Shown here: positions 61,710-64,000 of the stretch, one piece after another
Layout: each line of letters starts with the position of its first letter
Position numbering within the stretch: position 1 is the first letter of the stretch
DNA from: a bacterium
GTDB taxonomy: Bacteria; UBA8248
Length of the DNA stretch: 64,000 nucleotides
NCBI GenBank assembly: GCA_965200245.1
Contig: CBDATS010000015.1
Location: 64,001 to 128,000 of the forward strand
Direction: 5' to 3'
Position numbers and translations under genes: made by a program
The notes under the pieces: model-generated
What the model saw: only the letters and a program-made list of their open reading frames with translations
The model's database searches: none
What the model was told of the DNA's origin: nothing

Positions 61710-62458
61710 AGCGTATCCGATCTTTGGATCGATGTCCTCCAGGTCTCGACACCTATCTCTTTGAGGGCCTTGAGGATACCAGGAACTGGGATGGTTTCCG
61801 AAGCCAGGAGGCGGGAGAATCGTATCTGGAATTGATCGAGAGATTGATCGATAGGCAACATGGGCTTTGTGGTTACTGCGAAATTAACATTCGAGAAACA
61901 GATAGACAGGTCGAACATGTAGTTCCTCAAAGCGACCCACAGCATGGCACCGCGCTGTTACTTGATTACCGCAATATGATTGCCTGCTGCAAGGGAGGAA
62001 CGTTACAGACCTCAGACAAGGTAAAGTGCCTTGATCCAGTAAGGTGCAATCTCAGTTGCGGTGAAGCCAAAGGCGATCTGGTGAGCGCAGATTTTATTGA
62101 TCCCCGCACGTTGCCCGATTTGCCCTCACTGACTCGGGTGAACTTCGACGGCCGAATGGAAGCTGACGCGAATTCGTGCAAAATACGGGGTGTTGACACC
62201 GGAAGGGTTGAAAGGACTATCAAGATACTTGGGTTGAATGTGGAACGTCTCCGGCGGGCAAGGGAAGACCGCTGGAACGCGCTTAGCGAAACCTGGAACT
62301 CTGATATCGAAGATCCCGAGATCATGAAAGCTGCTGCGCGAGAAGAGTTGCTTCCAGACAAGGACAATCGCTTGGCCCAATTTTTCACTACAAGACGAAG
62401 CTATTTTGATGTCTACGCAGAGAGTGTCCTCTCAGGAGAGCCTCGGGATTGGATTTGA
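61706..62458 (+). CDS. HNH endonuclease, PtuB/TIGR02646-like
   Basis: QHGLCGYCE, VEHVVPQS, LDYRNMIACC, SCGEAKG, TIKILGLN; overlaps the ATPase stop. Confidence 0.88.
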   Translation: MKRIRSLDRCPPGLDTYLFEGLEDTRNWDGFRSQEAGESYLELIERLIDRQHGLCGYCEINIRETDRQVEHVVPQSDPQHGTALLLDYRNMIACCKGGTLQTSDKVKCLDPVRCNLSCGEAKGDLVSADFIDPRTLPDLPSLTRVNFDGRMEADANSCKIRGVDTGRVERTIKILGLNVERLRRAREDRWNALSETWNSDIEDPEIMKAAAREELLPDKDNRLAQFFTTRRSYFDVYAESVLSGEPRDWI

Positions 62459-62461
62459 AGA

Positions 62462-62620
62462 ATGGCTAGCACCCGCTAGCTCGAACGCCGGTTGCCGATT
62501 GCGGCCGCGTCATCGAAGGCGAGGAGATCAAGCGGCAGGTACAGACCAACGGGATTGATGAGCAGCTTTATGCCGTCGTCTAGAAGAAGCGCGTGGACAG
62601 CATCCTGAAATTCGGCAGGC
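62462..62620 (+). pseudogene. Internally deleted DUF1156-type adenine methylase remnant
   Basis: MASTR*LERRLPIAA (N-terminal RLIERWLPIAA-like) fused to DCGRVIEGEEIKRQVQ..G..EQLYAVV*KKRV. Confidence 0.55.
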
Positions 62621-62795
62621 ACACAAAGACGGATACTTCTTGTTGGTGTTAACATTGGGGAATTATATCTAATAATCACATTTCCGGTAGTTCCTCAGAT
62701 TGAAAATGGGCTTATGCGTTACGCATTTCGTCCAGGCAATCGCGGCCTTTCTGCGTCAATCTACTTGTCCTGCAAGCGACTAATATGAAAGAAAA

Positions 62796-62978
62796 ATGGG
62801 TAAATTCAAAAGGAATGAAGAAGTGACAAGGAAGCAATTTGAAGATGCGGCAAAGGATATACTGCTACGCGAAGTTCGGAAAGAGAATCTGGAAAAGCGC
62901 ATGCCTACCCGCGTGGAACTGAACCAGAAATGGAAGCTGGAAGGTAGTGCGCAAGGATGGGAATTGAAGAAAATGTAG
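62796..62978 (+). CDS. Small hypothetical protein
   Basis: 60-aa charged ORF in an AT-rich stretch. Confidence 0.35.
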   Translation: MGKFKRNEEVTRKQFEDAAKDILLREVRKENLEKRMPTRVELNQKWKLEGSAQGWELKKM

Positions 62979-63256
62979 GGCCTTTGCAGACTTTTGTATA
63001 TAAATCTCTCAAGATTTCCCGTGGGCTGCCTAGTATTGGAGCGGTCATCCTCTACCTCACTAGCAACCGACTGGTTGTTGTTCCGATCAAACGCAAAGAT
63101 AACTTCTCCGCCAATTTCAAATCGATCCATTATTATCGGGTATCGCGCTTCAGTTATGTGTGAACCTTGGCAAGGTCGGGCGATAAATTGTTGAAATTAA
63201 AACATTTTCTGTCGCTCACTCGCAACTTGCTAGAAACATGCGTAGGTGCGAATGCA

Positions 63257-64000
63257 TCAGTCACCGAAGAAGAATTTCACGCCGAGCACAAGGGACCAGT
63301 GATCCATGCCGCTGATTTTGGTGAAATTCGCCAGATTGGGAACCGGATGACGGATATAGCTGCCCCTGGCTTCCATGTCGTCCACCATGGAGTAGGTGAG
63401 CTTGAGGCCGAGCAGCACCCGCTTGTTCAGGCGGTAATCGAGGCCGGCGTGGAAGTGCGCGGAAAAGACGGCGTCGGTGATGTCCTCGTGCTGGACACTG
63501 TCGTACGTTGTGATGTCTGGCAAACCACGCAGGCCTGTGCAGTCCGGCGCGGTAAAGTCCCTGCACCTGTAGTGACCCAAGAAAATCAAGTCCGAGAGTT
63601 CGACGAAGGAAACGCCCGCTCCTGCACCCAGGTAAGGCGTGAAGCGAGTACCCTGTAGCGGGAAGTCGTAATAGGCGTTAAGCGAGAGAGTGCGGGTCGT
63701 CAATTCATCGACATGGCATAGACAAAGCTTTGATGAACATTGACCTCGCTCTCCGGACGGGGAATGATAGGTTCGCCGCCCCAGTAGGTGATACCGGTGA
63801 ATTCCTGCTTGACGTCATTTGCTCGCTGGGTGAAGGCCAGTTCCAGGCGGAACGCGCCGAAAGCGTGGCCAATGGAAACGTCGAACGCAGTGCCGTCATC
63901 CGCCAGGAGATCATAGTACCATCGGTAGCCATCGGGCGCGCCGCCGACCAGATGGCTGCAGTCATCCTCAGGGTAGCAGATGTTGTCGCGGTTACGGCCC
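63257..64000 (-). pseudogene. Outer-membrane beta-barrel protein (OmpW/Opa-like), 5' partial and frameshifted
   Basis: Upstream frame GHAFGAFRLELAF shifts near 63705-63720 into NAYYDF...FTPYLGAGAG...LGVKFFF. Confidence 0.7.

Noticed and set aside
1-64000. CRISPR arrays, tRNA and rRNA genes
   Set aside because: No regularly spaced direct repeats, cloverleaf or rRNA-like sequence recognised by eye

Overview
GC-rich bacterial chromosome segment; the gene content is reminiscent of marine or host-associated Nitrospinota/Tectomicrobia-like lineages (inference only). Housekeeping and metabolic genes dominate: three Ldh_2 dehydrogenases, a split UxaA/SuyAB-like lyase, Liv-type and Fbp/Pot-type ABC transporters, ilvC, a leuB-like gene, a complete Cys-CcmE cytochrome c maturation operon, HU, miaB, a UvrD/PcrA helicase and a MetE-like protein. 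Main highlight: a dispersed NHLP-leader (proteusin-type) RiPP system. A 641-bp cassette (about 400 nt of upstream DNA plus the precursor leader) occurs twice, ~31 kb apart and inverted, and diverges exactly at very short Tyr-initiated cores (YWM, YRLDIF). A third, decayed precursor end (GG|YGGGEGIY) lies directly upstream of a putative prenyltransferase and a truncated class II terpene-cyclase-like gene. Second highlight: an intact PtuA/PtuB-like ATPase-HNH pair nested in the ruins of a DUF499/DUF1156-type defence operon, next to an orphan Dam-like methylase. Several genes carry single lesions (frameshifts or in-frame stops). No rRNA, tRNA or CRISPR array was recognised. Family assignments come from motif recognition by eye, not database searches.
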